Shown here one piece after another: positions 18,570-28,394 of a stretch of 55,314 nt of DNA. Source of the stretch: a virus. The position numbers and the translations under genes are program-made. How positions within the stretch are numbered: the first letter of the stretch is position 1; every line of letters begins with the position of its first letter. The stretch spans positions 1 through 55,314 of the IMG/VR virus record IMGVR_UViG_3300045988_177721, one strand, 5' to 3'. A model generated the notes under the pieces. The model ran no database searches and had not been told where the DNA came from. It saw only the letters and a list, made by a program, of their open reading frames with translations.

Positions 18570-18832
18570 GAAAGCGAATAATGTTAGTAGACCCACAAAT
18601 AAAAAACGAACCATTATATGTTGATTTTTATGATAAGCATTATGCACCAGTAATAAACGACCAATACGTTTGCGATTTAACACCAAAACAAGTTTTGCAA
18701 ATTATGAATAGTAATAGTTATGAATCAACAATTGTCGTGGATATAAACGTTATAAATGAGTTAGGAATTGATTATGAAATAATACCGAAATATGAAAATA
18801 AAAGATATTTTTTTAGAAAGGAGAATAAATAA
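18566..18832 (+). CDS. Hypothetical early protein
   Basis: 88-aa ORF with RBS GGAGGAG. Confidence 0.55.
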   Translation: MRKRIMLVDPQIKNEPLYVDFYDKHYAPVINDQYVCDLTPKQVLQIMNSNSYESTIVVDINVINELGIDYEIIPKYENKRYFFRKENK

Positions 18833-19443
18833 TGAAAATAACAGATTTTAAAAAAGAAGATTTAGAAAAAGGTATTATGATTAGAAGAAAGGGATGGGCA
18901 AAAGATATATCAATTTCTTTTAATAAAAGTGCTAGTATTTTTGATGCTTATATTAATGGAATTATAACAGGTGATAAAACAGATTTAACACTTGAAGATA
19001 TTACAAGTGATGATTGGGAAATAGCTGACGAACCTAATAAAAGCTGGAAGCCTAAAGAAGGTGATACCATTTTTTATATAACCGAATCAGGTAGAGTAAT
19101 ATCTGGCTCTTTTCTATCACTCTTACCTAGTGATAATGATAAAGTACTTTTTAACAATGCTTTTCAAACCAGAGAAGAAGCCGAACATATGCTTGAAAAA
19201 ATAAAAATTATTAATAAATTAAGAGAGTTATCAAATATTAATTTTAATGAAACTGATGACCACCATTATATGATTGTTTATCATAAGACTGATAATGAAA
19301 TAATTAGCGACTATTGCTTTAGTTTAAATCCAATACCCTTTAATGTATTTTTTAAGACTAGAGAAGACTGCCAAAAAGCCATTGAAACAATAGGCGAAGA
19401 TAATTTGAAGAAGTATTATTTTGATATTAAGGAGGAAAAATAA
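18832..19443 (+). CDS. Two-domain DUF2829 (Tad2-like) protein, paralog 1 of 3
   Basis: N-terminal ...GIMIRRKGWAK...TSDDWEIADE (DUF2829-like) followed by a roughly 140-aa C-terminal domain shared with 20945..21547 and 40401..41039. Shared motifs are WKPKeG, F.T.EEAeHm.EK.KiI..L, PFN.fF and IGEd.LKKYYFDiK. Confidence 0.55.
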   Translation: MKITDFKKEDLEKGIMIRRKGWAKDISISFNKSASIFDAYINGIITGDKTDLTLEDITSDDWEIADEPNKSWKPKEGDTIFYITESGRVISGSFLSLLPSDNDKVLFNNAFQTREEAEHMLEKIKIINKLRELSNINFNETDDHHYMIVYHKTDNEIISDYCFSLNPIPFNVFFKTREDCQKAIETIGEDNLKKYYFDIKEEK

Positions 19444-19622
19444 TGACGGATTTAGAAATGACAAAACAATTATTAGAAAGAATGCATTTTGGTTATGAAA
19501 TCAAAAATTGGAAGGCATGTATTGCAATGACCATATACGACTCAGATACGCTTATAGATATAACAACTTATGAATGTACTTTGTTATTTAATTTTGACGG
19601 TTCATATAGGGGGACGTTATAA
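19443..19622 (+). CDS. Small ORF (59 aa), not in the supplied track
   Basis: ATG at 19443 with RBS GGAGGAAAA. MTDLEMTKQLLERMHFGYEIKNWKAC... Confidence 0.35.
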   Translation: MTDLEMTKQLLERMHFGYEIKNWKACIAMTIYDSDTLIDITTYECTLLFNFDGSYRGTL

Positions 19623-19624
19623 TA

Positions 19625-19825
19625 ATGACATATGAAACAATTGTTAATTTTCAGGCATATAAAAAATATTATATAGAAGCAGATTCAAAAGAAGCTGCAA
19701 TTGATAAAGCAAAAGAAAAGATATGTGTTGATTATAAAACACGAGATATATTAAAAATTTATATAAAAGAAAAGGAAGAATTTATCGAAGATACAAATAT
19801 ATATAGAATGGAGAATAAACTATGA
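19625..19825 (+). CDS. Hypothetical small early protein
   Basis: 66-aa ORF. Confidence 0.5.
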   Translation: MTYETIVNFQAYKKYYIEADSKEAAIDKAKEKICVDYKTRDILKIYIKEKEEFIEDTNIYRMENKL

Positions 19826-20088
19826 ATTTTAATAACCTTGATTATTATGAAATGGATAAATTAAATGAAACTTATTTTAAAGATGATTACAATAGAATGA
19901 AAAAAAGAGAAATACCAATGTTAGTAGACTTAAATTATTATACTTATGAGGGAATTCAATCTAATATATTATATTATTATTGTCCTAATTGCTATAAAAA
20001 AATTAAAAGAAATCATAATTATTGTCCTACTTGTGGTCAACATTTATTATGGATTAACACAGATGTTAGTGGAGGAAGCTTTATATAA
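19822..20088 (+). CDS. Zinc-ribbon protein (CPNC...CPTCGQ)
   Basis: Two CxxC pairs. The C-terminal YCPTCGQHL is paralogous to YCPNCGQKI in 20263..20571. Confidence 0.55.
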   Translation: MNFNNLDYYEMDKLNETYFKDDYNRMKKREIPMLVDLNYYTYEGIQSNILYYYCPNCYKKIKRNHNYCPTCGQHLLWINTDVSGGSFI

Positions 20089-20261
20089 TGGAAGAATATA
20101 GAAAAGCTTTAAATAATTTAATTTCTAAAAAATATAATATTGAAGATATTCAAAAATTAAATGAGTTAATAAATGAACATGAAAAATTAAAAGAAGAATA
20201 TCAAAAATTAAAAGAAATTAATTTAATTTTAAAAGTATGGAATAATGGAAGGAAAATATAA
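20088..20261 (+). CDS. Small coiled-coil ORF (57 aa), not in the supplied track
   Basis: ATG at 20088 with RBS GGAGGA 9 nt upstream. MEEYRKALNNLISKKYNIEDIQKLNELINEHEKLKEEYQKLKEIN... Confidence 0.4.
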   Translation: MEEYRKALNNLISKKYNIEDIQKLNELINEHEKLKEEYQKLKEINLILKVWNNGRKI

Positions 20262-20262
20262 A

Positions 20263-20571
20263 ATGAAAGAAAAAAATAAATATCAAGAAGCGTTAGATAA
20301 TGCAGTAAGTGATATTGAATATTGTTATAATGATTCTTTTGAAGAGGTTCCTGAAAAACGCTTAAAAGAAGTCGAATTATTACAACAATTAGTAGATAAA
20401 GAAACGCCTAAAGAACCAATAGATAAAGGATTTAAAAATGACATTTTACAATATAAATGTCCAACTTGCAAAATTGGAAAAGTTGGCAGAATAATTGATA
20501 ATGGTTGGAAAACAAAAGGAGAAGGTTTTACTAACTATTGTCCTAATTGTGGTCAAAAAATAAAATGGTGA
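20263..20571 (+). CDS. Zinc-ribbon protein (CPTC...CPNCGQ)
   Basis: ORF track 20245..20571. The likely start is 20263, after RBS AAGGAA. It has two CxxC pairs. Confidence 0.55.
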   Translation: MKEKNKYQEALDNAVSDIEYCYNDSFEEVPEKRLKEVELLQQLVDKETPKEPIDKGFKNDILQYKCPTCKIGKVGRIIDNGWKTKGEGFTNYCPNCGQKIKW

Positions 20572-20585
20572 AGGTGAACAAAACA

Positions 20586-20915
20586 ATGGATTTTAAAGAA
20601 TTACACAAAGATATTGAAAGATATTTAGAAGATAATCACTATCGTATTCATATGGGTTATTCAACTTATAGTGATTTTGATTTACTTTTTTTCCCAAATC
20701 AAGACTGTAAATTACTTGGAAAAACAAAAGAAGTAATAATTTGTTTAGCACAAACTTATAGAGATGTTATGTTAAAAGAAAAAATTATTTTGTTTTTTCT
20801 TAAAGATGATAAAATTTGTAGGTCAACATATTATAATAAAACTGAAAAGAATTTAGAAATAGTTAAAGATATTTTAGAAAATGGAATCAATGGTAGAAAA
20901 TTTCCATTTGATTAA
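20586..20915 (+). CDS. Hypothetical early protein
   Basis: ORF track 20547..20915. The likely start is 20586 (MDFKELHK), with RBS GAAGGTGA. Confidence 0.5.
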   Translation: MDFKELHKDIERYLEDNHYRIHMGYSTYSDFDLLFFPNQDCKLLGKTKEVIICLAQTYRDVMLKEKIILFFLKDDKICRSTYYNKTEKNLEIVKDILENGINGRKFPFD

Positions 20916-20944
20916 TACAATAAAATGAAATGAGGAATAAAACA

Positions 20945-21547
20945 ATGGATTTTAAAGAAGCATATCAAAAAATGTTAGAAGGAAAGAAAGTTAAAAGAAA
21001 AGGTTGGGAAGACTGGCAATATTATAAATTAATTGGAGATAATATGTATTATGCTAACAAACTAATAGCTTCAAATGTTAGTATTGAAAACGCTTTAGCT
21101 AACGATTGGGAAGTTGTAGAAGAAACTAAAAGCAAAGTTTGGAAACCTAAAAAAGGTGAAAATTATTTTTTTATCACTAGCAGTTTAGAAGTTAATAAAT
21201 TTACAAATGAAGGAGATATGGTTGATGAAAGTATTATAGGCTGCGATAATTGTTTTAAAACTGAAGAAGAAGCTCAACATATGATAGAGAAGTTAAAAGT
21301 AATAAAAGAATTACAAAATTTTGCTTTAGAAAATAGAGATGAAGAAATTAGTTGGGATGAAGATAGTCGTTATAAATTTTATATTTACTTTGATTATAAG
21401 TGGAAAATGATAAGAATTACTTGGGCTACTGTAGCACATGGCTCTCCTTTTAATATATATTTTGCTTCAGAAAAAGCAATACATGATGCTATTGAATCTA
21501 TTGGTGAAGACAGAATTAAAAAATATTACTTTGATGTTAAAGATTAA
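20945..21547 (+). CDS. Two-domain DUF2829 (Tad2-like) protein, paralog 2 of 3
   Basis: MDFKEAYQKMLEGKKVKRKGWEDWQYYKL...ALANDWEVVEE is a canonical DUF2829 N-domain. The C-terminal domain is conserved with paralogs 1 and 3. Confidence 0.6.
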   Translation: MDFKEAYQKMLEGKKVKRKGWEDWQYYKLIGDNMYYANKLIASNVSIENALANDWEVVEETKSKVWKPKKGENYFFITSSLEVNKFTNEGDMVDESIIGCDNCFKTEEEAQHMIEKLKVIKELQNFALENRDEEISWDEDSRYKFYIYFDYKWKMIRITWATVAHGSPFNIYFASEKAIHDAIESIGEDRIKKYYFDVKD

Positions 21548-21596
21548 ATTTATAATAAAAGGTAGAATTAAAAAATATTATTAGAGGTGAAAGAAA

Positions 21597-22055
21597 ATGA
21601 TAATTAAAAAGAAATTAAAAGATATTAGTTTGGAAGAATTAAAAGTGTGGAGTATAAAAAATTGCAAACAATTAACTTGTGAAAAGTGTGTTTTTTCAAA
21701 AGTTTATTGTGATGAATCTTTAAGGAATTGCTGGATAAATAACAAAGATATTTATTCTGATAAATTTTTAAATCAAGAAATAGAAATTGAGACTGATATT
21801 TTATCTGAAAAAGAAAAAGAGTATTTAAAATCAATAATTAGACCTTTTAAAGATAGGGTTGAATATATTGAGAAAAAAATAAATATGAATTGCATAGGTA
21901 GAAGTTTTTATTATATTACAATAACAACTAAAAGTGTTGTTAATGATAATATAATGGAAATAACAGCTCTTCCTTATTTTAACTTAGAAAGCAAAATGTA
22001 TAATGGTATGGAACTCAACAAAGAATACACATTAAAAGAATTAAAATTATTATAG
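21597..22055 (+). CDS. Hypothetical protein with Cys-rich N-terminus
   Basis: 152-aa ORF with RBS GAGGTGAAAG. Confidence 0.55.
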   Translation: MIIKKKLKDISLEELKVWSIKNCKQLTCEKCVFSKVYCDESLRNCWINNKDIYSDKFLNQEIEIETDILSEKEKEYLKSIIRPFKDRVEYIEKKINMNCIGRSFYYITITTKSVVNDNIMEITALPYFNLESKMYNGMELNKEYTLKELKLL

Positions 22056-22071
22056 GAGGAAAATAAAAAAA

Positions 22072-22254
22072 ATGAATAATTACATAATTAATTATACAAT
22101 TAAAATGAAAGGTAGTATATGTATTAAAGCTCCAAGTGCAATTGATGCTAAATTAAATTTTATAGATTTATTGGATGAAAACAAAATAGAATTAGTTAAT
22201 AATTCAAATTATCCGATTAAAATTGAAGATATTGAAATTGTTGAAGAAGATTAA
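22072..22254 (+). CDS. Hypothetical small protein
   Basis: 60-aa ORF with RBS AGGAGGAAAA. Confidence 0.5.
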   Translation: MNNYIINYTIKMKGSICIKAPSAIDAKLNFIDLLDENKIELVNNSNYPIKIEDIEIVEED

Positions 22255-22279
22255 AAAATAAAAATAAATTATCATATTA

Positions 22280-22328
22280 TTTTACATACTTTTAAAAATG
22301 TGATATAATTAAATTGTAAAAATTAATA
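22280..22328 (+). promoter_or_regulatory. Early promoter P3 (same cassette)
   Basis: TTTACA 22280-22285, N17, TATAAT 22303-22308 with TG. The leader is ATTAAATTGTAAAAATTAAT. Confidence 0.75.
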
Positions 22329-22329
22329 A

Positions 22330-22400
22330 TAAATCATTTCTGAGAAAACGAAAAAATAAAATTAATATATTTATTCATTTGAATTCTTATAAATGATTTA
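22330..22400 (+). promoter_or_regulatory. Conserved stem-loop element, copy A (variant stem)
   Basis: A 10-bp perfect stem TAAATCATTT (22330-22339) / AAATGATTTA (22391-22400) encloses GAGAAAACGAA and ATTAATATATTTATTCATT, which are conserved with copies B, C and D. It lies between P3 and the small ORF at 22420. Confidence 0.5.
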
Positions 22401-22419
22401 GAGGAAAGGAAAATAATTA

Positions 22420-22593
22420 TGAAAAAGAAAAAATTTATATTTTATAAATTAATAGGAGGAAAAAAAGTAGATTTATTAGAATTAATGTTAGATGCTTCAA
22501 CATCTAAAGAAGTATTAAGAAAAAGTTTAAATTATCTAAATTTTGATGGAATTGATACAGTTTGTATTATAGGTGAATCTCATGCCATTTAAT
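22420..22593 (+). CDS. Small ORF (57 aa), not in the supplied track
   Basis: ATG at 22420 with RBS GAGGAAAGGA. MKKKKFIFYKLIGGKKVDLLELMLDAS... Confidence 0.4.
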
Positions 22594-22791
22594 GCATATA
22601 TCGGAAATTATATTATTTTAAAACATAAGATAATTAACAAAACTTTAATATTTAAAAATAGAGGAGAATTAGTTAAATATTTATCAGATAACTTAACTAA
22701 TAAACCAAATTCTTTTGAAAAAGATATATTAAGTCTTCAAAAAGAAGAATTAGTATATAAATATTTAAAAAATTATTATATTAATATATGA
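22573..22791 (+). CDS. Hypothetical small early protein
   Basis: 72-aa ORF. Confidence 0.45.
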   Translation: MNLMPFNAYIGNYIILKHKIINKTLIFKNRGELVKYLSDNLTNKPNSFEKDILSLQKEELVYKYLKNYYINI

Positions 22792-22800
22792 GGAGAAGAT

Positions 22801-22986
22801 ATGAAAAAAATTTGCAAAAAATATAACTTAAATCCTGAAACGTATAATAAATTTATCTCTGTAATAATTAAAAATCTTAATTTTAAAGAAAGTGTTAATT
22901 TATTAAATCCGGAACTCCAAAAAGTTAAACCTTATTTAGACGCTGTGAAAGAGTTATTAGAAAAAGGAGATATCTCTAATGAATAA
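22801..22986 (+). CDS. Hypothetical small early protein
   Basis: 61-aa ORF with RBS GAGGAGAAG. Confidence 0.5.
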   Translation: MKKICKKYNLNPETYNKFISVIIKNLNFKESVNLLNPELQKVKPYLDAVKELLEKGDISNE

Positions 22987-23185
22987 TGATTTTAAACTTT
23001 TAATATTAGAATCATCTTCAAATCGTTCAAAAGTTTATTTATTAATAAGTAAATCAGAATACAATGTTGCTTCTCAATTTGTTAAACAAATGAAAAAAAG
23101 GTATAATATTTATCAAATTAAAGATGAAATTATTTCAAATTTTAATGCATATGATTTAGAATATAATTATATGAATCTTGATTAA
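22979..23185 (+). CDS. Hypothetical small early protein
   Basis: 68-aa ORF with RBS AAAGGAGA. Confidence 0.5.
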   Translation: MNNDFKLLILESSSNRSKVYLLISKSEYNVASQFVKQMKKRYNIYQIKDEIISNFNAYDLEYNYMNLD

Positions 23186-23196
23186 AGGAGGTTCTA

Positions 23197-24903
23197 ATGA
23201 CACAAATTAAAAAAATAAATGATATTGCTGCATCAGTAGATTCTGCAGTAGTCATGGATAGACCTCTTTCTGATTGGAGACCGATTCTTTCAGAAGAATG
23301 CCAAGTTTACGTTTTTGGTGAAAATTATATCGCTAAAAGATTTGACCAAATTCATTATAAATTTTGTGAAAAATTAGAAGCAAAAGATATATTAATTGAT
23401 AATTTATATGCATTGTTAAGATATAAATATTTCCCTAAATCAAGTGAAGCAATAGATGATAAAATTTCAAAAATAGTTCAAAATTTCACAGCAAATTTAA
23501 AAACAAGTTTAAAAAAAGTATCATTAGAGGATGATACATTATGTGAGCATATTAACTTTTTACCTGATTATTGTGTTGCTTTTAGAAATGGAGTATATGA
23601 TTTTAAAAATGATAAATGGCTTTTAAAATATGATATTATTTATATTGAAAGTCTTAAAAATACAATTTATCAATATGACCCAAAATGGATAATAACTTGG
23701 TATATTAATTTAGATTTTGAACCTTTACCTGTTTCAATCATGGAAACCAGCTTAGAAGAATTTATCGACTTAGTTAAAGAAATGATAAAAGATAGTCATA
23801 ATTACTGTTTTGAATTGATGTATAATATAGCGCATGATGTAGAAGATAAATTTTCATTAAAGCGATTTAATCACCTTTGTGAAATATTAGGTTACACTTT
23901 AAATATATCATTTTTACAACATTTTGTAATATTAGTTGGTTCTGGACAAAATGGTAAAAACTCATTATTAGATGGATGTTTCACACATAGAGTTGTTCCA
24001 ACTCCAACATCAAATTCAATTGAATCTTTTGAAACAGATAGATTTATCACTGGTGCTTTAGAAAATCATGCTCATAATTTTTATTTAGAAACATCACAAA
24101 AAACGAAAGAATTTGATTCACAAGTATTAAAAAATATCACAGGTAGTATGTACCAAACAATTGAAGTTAAAGGTATACAAAAGTATTCTTCTCTTATAAA
24201 TTGTAAACATATTTTTGCAGCAAATGACCAAGCAAAATTAAAATTTAGTGATACTACTCATGGATTTAGAAGAAGAATTAATGTATTTGAAATATTTTAT
24301 AGGTGGGATTCTCAAAAAAGATATTTGAAAAAAGGTGATTATTATGATACATCTTTTAGTGATTCTTTAAAAGAAATTAAGGGAGATATATCGAATGTAA
24401 TAATGTATGTTTATTTTGGAATGTATGGATTAAAAAGTTCAACAAAAGGTTGGGAACAAAATTTTAAATTTACTTCAAATGAATGGAATTTGACATATTC
24501 TGATATTGATGTTGATGTTAAAGAAAAAATTGAATCTACATCTATTCAACAAATTACAAATGAAATGTTTAAATCTAAAGAAGAATTTAAAGTTTTATTT
24601 TATGATTTGAAAAAAGTTAGATTATACGAATCTAAAACAGTTCACAAATTGGGCTATAAAACTTATGATGATTTATTAAAAATGTTAGATAACGTTGAAG
24701 AAGCATCATATTATTTTTCAGAAAATGATGTTTATATGAATTTAAGATTAGTTCAAAAGATTATTAATGATAAATCAACTTCTATTAATTTTACACAAAA
24801 AATTAAAAAAATATATAATTTAAACGGATTAAGTAATATATATAATAATCAACCATATGTTAAGGTTAGATTTATTAATAATAAAATGAGAATTATTAGT
24901 TAG
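23197..24903 (+). CDS. P4/D5-type primase-associated SF3 helicase (NTPase) protein
   Basis: Walker A VGSGQNGKNS (G.G.NGKS/T of the P4-family primase C-terminal domain) and a downstream LKNITGSMYQTIEVKG...FAANDQAKL...HGFRRRINVFEI block matching the family signature (lK.ltGgD.i..r.k...f.tN..P...d.wRR). RBS AAAGGAGG. Confidence 0.7.
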   Translation: MTQIKKINDIAASVDSAVVMDRPLSDWRPILSEECQVYVFGENYIAKRFDQIHYKFCEKLEAKDILIDNLYALLRYKYFPKSSEAIDDKISKIVQNFTANLKTSLKKVSLEDDTLCEHINFLPDYCVAFRNGVYDFKNDKWLLKYDIIYIESLKNTIYQYDPKWIITWYINLDFEPLPVSIMETSLEEFIDLVKEMIKDSHNYCFELMYNIAHDVEDKFSLKRFNHLCEILGYTLNISFLQHFVILVGSGQNGKNSLLDGCFTHRVVPTPTSNSIESFETDRFITGALENHAHNFYLETSQKTKEFDSQVLKNITGSMYQTIEVKGIQKYSSLINCKHIFAANDQAKLKFSDTTHGFRRRINVFEIFYRWDSQKRYLKKGDYYDTSFSDSLKEIKGDISNVIMYVYFGMYGLKSSTKGWEQNFKFTSNEWNLTYSDIDVDVKEKIESTSIQQITNEMFKSKEEFKVLFYDLKKVRLYESKTVHKLGYKTYDDLLKMLDNVEEASYYFSENDVYMNLRLVQKIINDKSTSINFTQKIKKIYNLNGLSNIYNNQPYVKVRFINNKMRIIS

Positions 24904-24913
24904 GAGTTATTAA

Positions 24914-25621
24914 ATGCCAAAAAAGAAAAAAGAAAATTTATATGATAATTTAATGACTGAAGAATTTAAACAAAAACAAATTGAATATTTAGACACTATT
25001 AAAAATAATCCTCAATATTCACTAATTGTTGACCCTGAAAATAAATACAATTTAACATTGCAACAAAAAGAATTTATTGGTTTATATTGCGAATTTAAAA
25101 ATATTCAACTTGCTGCTATGATGAGTAATTTAGAGTTGGAAGAAGCTATGACATTATATTCAAGTTATCCGTGTCAACAAGAGATTAGGAGAATTAATTT
25201 AGCAATGTATCAAACACAATTTGCTAATAAGTTGATTTCACTAAATGAATTAGGAGGATATTTAACATCTTTATTATGTGATGCAGTACCTAGTGGAGAT
25301 AAATTATCACCTTCTGATAAATTAAAAGTAGCACAATTAATTTTAGATTTAAACAAAACATTAAAAGAAACACCTAATGAAGTTAAAGATATTGTAGATA
25401 TTCCGATTGATACTCAAATTAAAGATTTATCAATTAAATCAATTAAAGCTTTACTAGAAGCAAATAAAAATAAAGATAAAATAAAAGAAGAAAAAGAAAA
25501 AATTATAGAATCATTTGAAAATTTTGATAATTTTTCACAAGAAGAAATTAGTTTTTTAAACACATTATCAACTAAAGAATTATTAGATTTATTGAATTCA
25601 ATGGAAAAGGAGACTAAATAA
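24914..25621 (+). CDS. Hypothetical protein; weak terminase-small-subunit or HTH-like resemblance (LTLQQKEFIGLY)
   Basis: 235-aa ORF. The motif LT.QQKeFi.lY...N...AA is reminiscent of TerS N-termini. Not verified. Confidence 0.5.
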   Translation: MPKKKKENLYDNLMTEEFKQKQIEYLDTIKNNPQYSLIVDPENKYNLTLQQKEFIGLYCEFKNIQLAAMMSNLELEEAMTLYSSYPCQQEIRRINLAMYQTQFANKLISLNELGGYLTSLLCDAVPSGDKLSPSDKLKVAQLILDLNKTLKETPNEVKDIVDIPIDTQIKDLSIKSIKALLEANKNKDKIKEEKEKIIESFENFDNFSQEEISFLNTLSTKELLDLLNSMEKETK

Positions 25622-25815
25622 TGAATCAAAACCAATCATTTAAAGCAATTCAAATTCCATATATGTTATATGAAGAATGGTGTAAAGAAAAAGAAAAAAA
25701 TCCGTCTTTACCTAAAACAAAAGAAGAATTTTTTAGATTAATTTTAGATGGAAAATTAGTTAGAGAAGGAAATAAATTAATTAGAAAGAGAATTCGAGAA
25801 AATGAAAAAAGATAA
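25621..25815 (+). CDS. Hypothetical small protein
   Basis: 64-aa ORF. Confidence 0.45.
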   Translation: MNQNQSFKAIQIPYMLYEEWCKEKEKNPSLPKTKEEFFRLILDGKLVREGNKLIRKRIRENEKR

Positions 25816-25987
25816 AAATATTTGTAAAATTTATTTTGATGAAAAAAAATATAATATGGAATTAAATTTATCAGAAACATATAAATTAAGTTTATCTCGA
25901 CAACTTTTAGATGATTCTTTAAAATTTATTAAAATTAGCAATTTAGTTATTAATAAGGATAAAATAGAGTATGTCGAATTCATTTAG
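25802..25987 (+). CDS. Hypothetical small protein
   Basis: 61-aa ORF. Confidence 0.4.
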   Translation: MKKDKNICKIYFDEKKYNMELNLSETYKLSLSRQLLDDSLKFIKISNLVINKDKIEYVEFI

Positions 25988-26399
25988 ACCATCTTGGGAA
26001 GAAACCTATTTTGAAATTGCTAAAGTTATAAGTAAAAGAAGTAAAGACCCTCATACAAAAGTTGGAGCTGTTTTAGTTAAGGATGGAAGAGTTTTAGGAG
26101 TTGGTTACAATGGTGAACCGAGAGAATTTACATATTCATTTAACTGGTTTACTGAAGAAAAATATAATTATGTTATTCATGCTGAGTTAAATGCAATTGC
26201 TAATGCCTGTTCTATAGGAGCAAATGTTACAGGAAGTGATATATACTTAACTTTATCACCATGTTCAAATTGTATAAAATTATTAATTCAACATCAAATT
26301 CGAAATGTTTATTTTTTAAAAAAATATAAGGATTTTGAGTTAACTGAAAAAATTGCAAATCATGCAAATATAAATTTAATTTACAAAGGAGAAAAATAA
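25971..26399 (+). CDS. dCMP (deoxycytidylate) deaminase
   Basis: Cytidine/dCMP deaminase zinc motifs HAELNAI and SPCSNCIKLL (H[AC]E ... PCxxC). Size 142 aa. Confidence 0.8.
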   Translation: MSNSFRPSWEETYFEIAKVISKRSKDPHTKVGAVLVKDGRVLGVGYNGEPREFTYSFNWFTEEKYNYVIHAELNAIANACSIGANVTGSDIYLTLSPCSNCIKLLIQHQIRNVYFLKKYKDFELTEKIANHANINLIYKGEK

Positions 26400-26400
26400 A

Positions 26401-26895
26401 ATGGAAGAAAATAAATATGAATTAATTGAAAATAAAGAAGGATATGCTGTAATCTCTCAAAAGGTTGAACAAATTTTAGATGATTATAACACAACTAAAA
26501 AAGAATTTGAAAAAAGAGAAAAACTTTTTAGAGATTCTTTATTTAAGGCAATGCAAGAGAATAATATTATAAGTGCAAAAGTTGGAAAATATAATATTTC
26601 TCAAGTAATTGGAAAACCATCATATATATTGGATGAAGATAAATTTTTAACAGAAGTAGATATCGCAACATTAAATCTTTTTGCAAAAATTGAAGAAACT
26701 GAAGAATTTGATATTCAACGTTTTATAAAAGAATGTCCTGAGTTATATCAAAAATATCTAAATAAACAACAAAAAGTTGTTTATGATTTAGAAAAATTAA
26801 AGAAACTTCGTCCAGATTTATATGATAAATACACTATTGTTGTTCCTAGTACTAAACAACCATATCTAATGATTAAAGAAAGTTCTAAAAAATAA
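26401..26895 (+). CDS. Hypothetical protein (recombination-module neighbour)
   Basis: 164-aa ORF with RBS AAAGGAGAAAAA. Confidence 0.55.
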   Translation: MEENKYELIENKEGYAVISQKVEQILDDYNTTKKEFEKREKLFRDSLFKAMQENNIISAKVGKYNISQVIGKPSYILDEDKFLTEVDIATLNLFAKIEETEEFDIQRFIKECPELYQKYLNKQQKVVYDLEKLKKLRPDLYDKYTIVVPSTKQPYLMIKESSKK

Positions 26896-27149
26896 TGGCT
26901 AAAAAAGATAAAATAAATTATATTTGTTTAGTAGGAATGATGAATGAAAATAATGAAATTTTATATCAAAAAGAATGTGAAGGAGAAAAAAAAGTAGTTA
27001 TTGATTTTATAAATAAGTATAATCAAAAATATTCAGTTCTTTATTTTCATGAAAAAAATTTAAAATTTGTTGTTAAAATTAATGAATTAGATTGGATGAC
27101 AGTTGAAGATTTAATAAATAAAAATTTAGCGATTAGAAGGTTAAAATAA
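26895..27149 (+). CDS. Hypothetical protein
   Basis: 84-aa ORF. Confidence 0.5.
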   Translation: MAKKDKINYICLVGMMNENNEILYQKECEGEKKVVIDFINKYNQKYSVLYFHEKNLKFVVKINELDWMTVEDLINKNLAIRRLK

Positions 27150-27150
27150 A

Positions 27151-28314
27151 ATGGAAAATAATCAAATTATATGGTCACATAGTAAATTATCAACTTTATT
27201 AAAATCACCGATGAATTATAATTTAAGTTATAATTATGGTGTTTTTCCAAAGTTCGAAAAAGAAGCTTTAGGATTAGGTTCAGCAGTTCATTGGGGTATT
27301 GAGTATAATACTTCTGATTTAGAAAAATATTATGAAGAAAATTCAAAATTTAAAAATAAAGCTAAAATAAAAGACGAACAAATAACCGCTGAATCAATGG
27401 TAGGTGGGTATCTAACTCATAAAAATAAATTATTTGATATTATTTTAGAAAATGATGAATTAATATCTGAAGTTCATGAATTAAAAATTTATGGTATTCT
27501 TCCTTCAAAAATTTTAAAAGAGGGAAATAAATTTGTTGGAATTATTGATTTACTACTATTAACAAACAAAGGATTTATCGTTGTTGATTATAAAACTTCA
27601 TCTTCCATTCCAGATTGGTCAAATTATTTAGACCAACTTTATAGATATATTTTCTTATTAAATTCTGAATTTCCAGAAACTCCAGTTTATAAAATTGCAA
27701 TAATTAATTTAAGAAAATGTAGAGTTAAAAGAAAACCAAATGAAAATGATGCTTCTTTTAGAAAAAGATTAGATATAATATATCAATTAAATGATGAACA
27801 ACATATCGATGTTCATGTGTTTAAATCAAACGAACTTAATATTACTGATATGAATACATATATTAATAATTTATCAATCATGTGCGATGCCGGTTTATCA
27901 ATTATTAATAATAATTGTTATTATACTAATTATGCTAGTTTAGATGATTATGGAGGTTCAGATTTAAAGGAATTATTACTAAAAGAAGATGGAGCATATA
28001 CTTTGTATAATATTCGAGATAAATATTATAATGAATTGTCAAATACAATTGATGATTATAGGGACATGCAAGAATTAGATGTTGAAGTAATATTTAATAA
28101 TTATAATTATATCGATAGATATTCAAAATTTAAAGAAATATATGATAAATTTTTAAAAGAATTTGAAATTAATGAAAATTTTGAAAAATTTGATGATTAT
28201 TTTATATGTTATATTTCTGAAATGAATTATAATTATGATGAAAAATTAATTCGAAATTATTTAATAGTTTATAAATACTGTTTAAAGGAAAAAGAGAAAG
28301 AAAAAATAAAATAA
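27151..28314 (+). CDS. PD-(D/E)xK nuclease, RecB/Cas4-like exonuclease
   Basis: Core GIIDLLLL...IVVDYKTSS (D...D.K) and a downstream QLYRY (the QxxxY motif of the RecB-family nuclease fold). 387 aa. Confidence 0.6.
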   Translation: MENNQIIWSHSKLSTLLKSPMNYNLSYNYGVFPKFEKEALGLGSAVHWGIEYNTSDLEKYYEENSKFKNKAKIKDEQITAESMVGGYLTHKNKLFDIILENDELISEVHELKIYGILPSKILKEGNKFVGIIDLLLLTNKGFIVVDYKTSSSIPDWSNYLDQLYRYIFLLNSEFPETPVYKIAIINLRKCRVKRKPNENDASFRKRLDIIYQLNDEQHIDVHVFKSNELNITDMNTYINNLSIMCDAGLSIINNNCYYTNYASLDDYGGSDLKELLLKEDGAYTLYNIRDKYYNELSNTIDDYRDMQELDVEVIFNNYNYIDRYSKFKEIYDKFLKEFEINENFEKFDDYFICYISEMNYNYDEKLIRNYLIVYKYCLKEKEKEKIK

Positions 28315-28326
28315 ATTATCATATTA

Positions 28327-28375
28327 TTTTACAAACTTTTAAATTTATGATATAATGATTATGTAAAAATTAATA
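28327..28375 (+). promoter_or_regulatory. Early promoter P4 (diverged copy of the cassette)
   Basis: TTTACA 28327-28332, N17, TATAAT 28350-28355 preceded by TGA. The upstream AAATAAATTATCAT element is present. Confidence 0.65.
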
Positions 28376-28394
28376 ATGAAAGGAGGAAATTATA

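Noticed and set aside
20586-20915. A fifth Tad2-like gene, because it starts MDFKE like paralog 2
   Set aside because: Beyond the first five residues it lacks the GkkvrRkgW and DWE signature motifs, so the start similarity is coincidental.
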